Assembly: GCA_044358425.1 (NCBI GenBank)
Contig: CP054849.1
Location: 722,099-727,550, forward strand
Direction: 5' to 3'
Origin: Marine Group I thaumarchaeote
GTDB lineage: Archaea > Thermoproteota > Nitrososphaeria > Nitrososphaerales > Nitrosopumilaceae
DNA length: 5,452 nucleotides
Each line of letters starts with the position of its first letter. Position 1 is the first letter of the stretch. Shown here piece after piece: positions 4,243-5,452 of the stretch. The notes under the pieces were generated by a model. It ran no database searches. It was not told the origin of the DNA and saw only the letters and a program-made list of their open reading frames with translations. The position numbers were made by a program, and so were the translations under genes.

Positions 4243-5076
4243 CTAAAGAGTTAATCCAGTTAATTTCTCATATGCAATGACATATCTTTGAGTAATTGTT
4301 TGAATTATTTCTGATGGGATTTCTGGTGCGACTGGTTCCTTTCCATTGTTTCGGTCAACTTCAAATTGTTTTTGGTAACCATTAGCAGTTAACCAATCAC
4401 GCAAAATTTGTTTATCGTATGATTCTTGAATTTTTCCAACGTCATACGAGTCTTTTGGCCACAATCTATATTCATCAGGGCCAATTGAATCCCCTAAAAC
4501 AATTTCACCGTCTAAAATTCCAAATTCCAATTTTAAATCTGCCAAAATAAAACCAGCATTATCAGCAACAGTAGCCATTTGATTATAGATATCAATAGAT
4601 GTTTTTTCTAACCAAGAGTACTGTTCTTCAGAAACTAGATTCATTTCTAATGCTTTTGTTTTATCAACAGGGATATCATGTTCAGACTTTGTTGTTGGAT
4701 CAAAAAAAGGCTCAGTTAGTTTTGCAGCCATTTTAGTATCAGTATCTTTAGGTAATTTGACATCCCCATTTTTCCATCGACCAATCAAACTACCATAAAA
4801 ATAGCCTCGAACTACACATTCCATTGGAATCATTTTCATTTTTTTTACAGAAATTTCTGTTTCAGAGTCTCGTTTTACAAAGTGATTCTTAACATCTAAT
4901 TTGTCAAACCAAAACTCTGCAAATCGACACAAAACTTCTCCCTTTTTTGGGATATCCTGTTTGAATTTTACATCATATGCGGAAACACGGTTGGAGAATT
5001 TGAAAAGTAGTGTATTTTCATCTACGTCATATAGATCCTTCACTTTACCAGAAGTTAAAAAATTCAAACAATTCAA
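4243..5076 (-). CDS. purC: Phosphoribosylaminoimidazole-succinocarboxamide (SAICAR) synthase
   Basis: 277 aa carrying the hallmark SAICAR synthetase motifs: GKVKDLY near the N-terminus, SNRVSAYD, LADLKLEFG, the DSIGPDEYRLW region and YDKQILRDWL. The start is TTG (5074-5076). There is no in-frame ATG or GTG between it and the upstream in-frame stop at 5101-5103. Confidence 0.95.
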   Translation of the reverse strand: MNCLNFLTSGKVKDLYDVDENTLLFKFSNRVSAYDVKFKQDIPKKGEVLCRFAEFWFDKLDVKNHFVKRDSETEISVKKMKMIPMECVVRGYFYGSLIGRWKNGDVKLPKDTDTKMAAKLTEPFFDPTTKSEHDIPVDKTKALEMNLVSEEQYSWLEKTSIDIYNQMATVADNAGFILADLKLEFGILDGEIVLGDSIGPDEYRLWPKDSYDVGKIQESYDKQILRDWLTANGYQKQFEVDRNNGKEPVAPEIPSEIIQTITQRYVIAYEKLTGLTL

Positions 5077-5109
5077 ATTTTGATTAATAGGATTTAACTG
5101 CTATGATGA

Positions 5110-5445
5110 CTAGGAACCCATCATACCAACCATCTTAGGCATTTCACGATAAGCTTTGTTTACAAATACTTCATTATCAGCACTGATCATTACAAATTGC
5201 ATTGAATTATCAGGTGGGGGAGAAACAATGATCTTTTTACCAGGTTCTAATGACGAAATATCAAGAATATCACCATCACCAAAATTTATGTGAATATTTG
5301 TAATAGTTTCTGATCCTGTATTTTGTAAAGTAACCCTACCCATAACAAATAGACTTTGCTTGTCAAGAAGTGGGTCAACATATAGAGAATATTTTTCAGT
5401 AGAAATGGATAATTTTGCAATATCATTTCCAAATATTATAGCCAT
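5110..5445 (-). CDS. Small hypothetical beta-rich protein, co-directional with and 33 nt upstream of purC
   Basis: 111-aa ATG ORF with non-low-complexity sequence. The segment VTLQNTGSETITNIHINF resembles strands of Ig/CARDB-like domains (a weak impression only). No TM segment or signal peptide. Confidence 0.7.
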   Translation of the reverse strand: MAIIFGNDIAKLSISTEKYSLYVDPLLDKQSLFVMGRVTLQNTGSETITNIHINFGDGDILDISSLEPGKKIIVSPPPDNSMQFVMISADNEVFVNKAYREMPKMVGMMGS

Positions 5446-5452
5446 AACTCCA

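Noticed and set aside
5110-5445. Possibility that the small ORF upstream of purC is purS
   Set aside because: The sequence does not resemble PurS, which is ~80 aa, has a charged alpha/beta fold and a conserved VLDPQG-type motif. This ORF is 111 aa and beta-rich with no such motif.
1-5452. tRNA, rRNA, transposase/integrase genes or obvious defence-system genes
   Set aside because: No cloverleaf-capable G+C-rich ~75-nt segment was found, nothing resembles rRNA, and no ORF has recognisable transposase, integrase, nuclease or ATPase motifs.

Overview
AT-rich window (about one-third G+C by eye) with archaeal-style gene organisation. TATA-like boxes sit about 21-29 nt upstream of several start codons, which suggests leaderless mRNAs. 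By inference it is most consistent with a Nitrosopumilus-type thaumarchaeon. I support nine CDSs. On the + strand: a Zn-ribbon protein open to the left edge, a small 2-TM protein, a conserved hypothetical, a membrane-anchored beta-rich protein, and an extreme Lys/Ala/Pro/Arg-rich repeat protein resembling a histone H1 tail. On the - strand: a PPOX/F420-type flavin-binding protein, an ArsR-like wHTH regulator, purC (the only confident functional call, with a TTG start), and a small hypothetical upstream of purC. I found no rRNA, tRNA, CRISPR array or recognisable transposase. The main anomaly is the 640-bp non-coding gap 1124-1763. It holds five copies, in both orientations, of a GTTWWACCCCCC-type motif with G6/C6 runs that are very improbable in this composition. 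It also has a ~200-bp island of ~40% G+C between flanks of ~17-24% G+C. Within that island, interlocking inverted and direct repeats can form two mutually exclusive pairing schemes. Candidate explanations are a structured ncRNA or switch, a nested MITE-like remnant, or an origin-like ORB/unwinding-element region; sequence alone cannot choose between them. Other notable signals are a 25-nt identical palindromic element in two intergenic regions 2.2 kb apart, and a second oversized repeat-bearing intergenic region (3887-4242).
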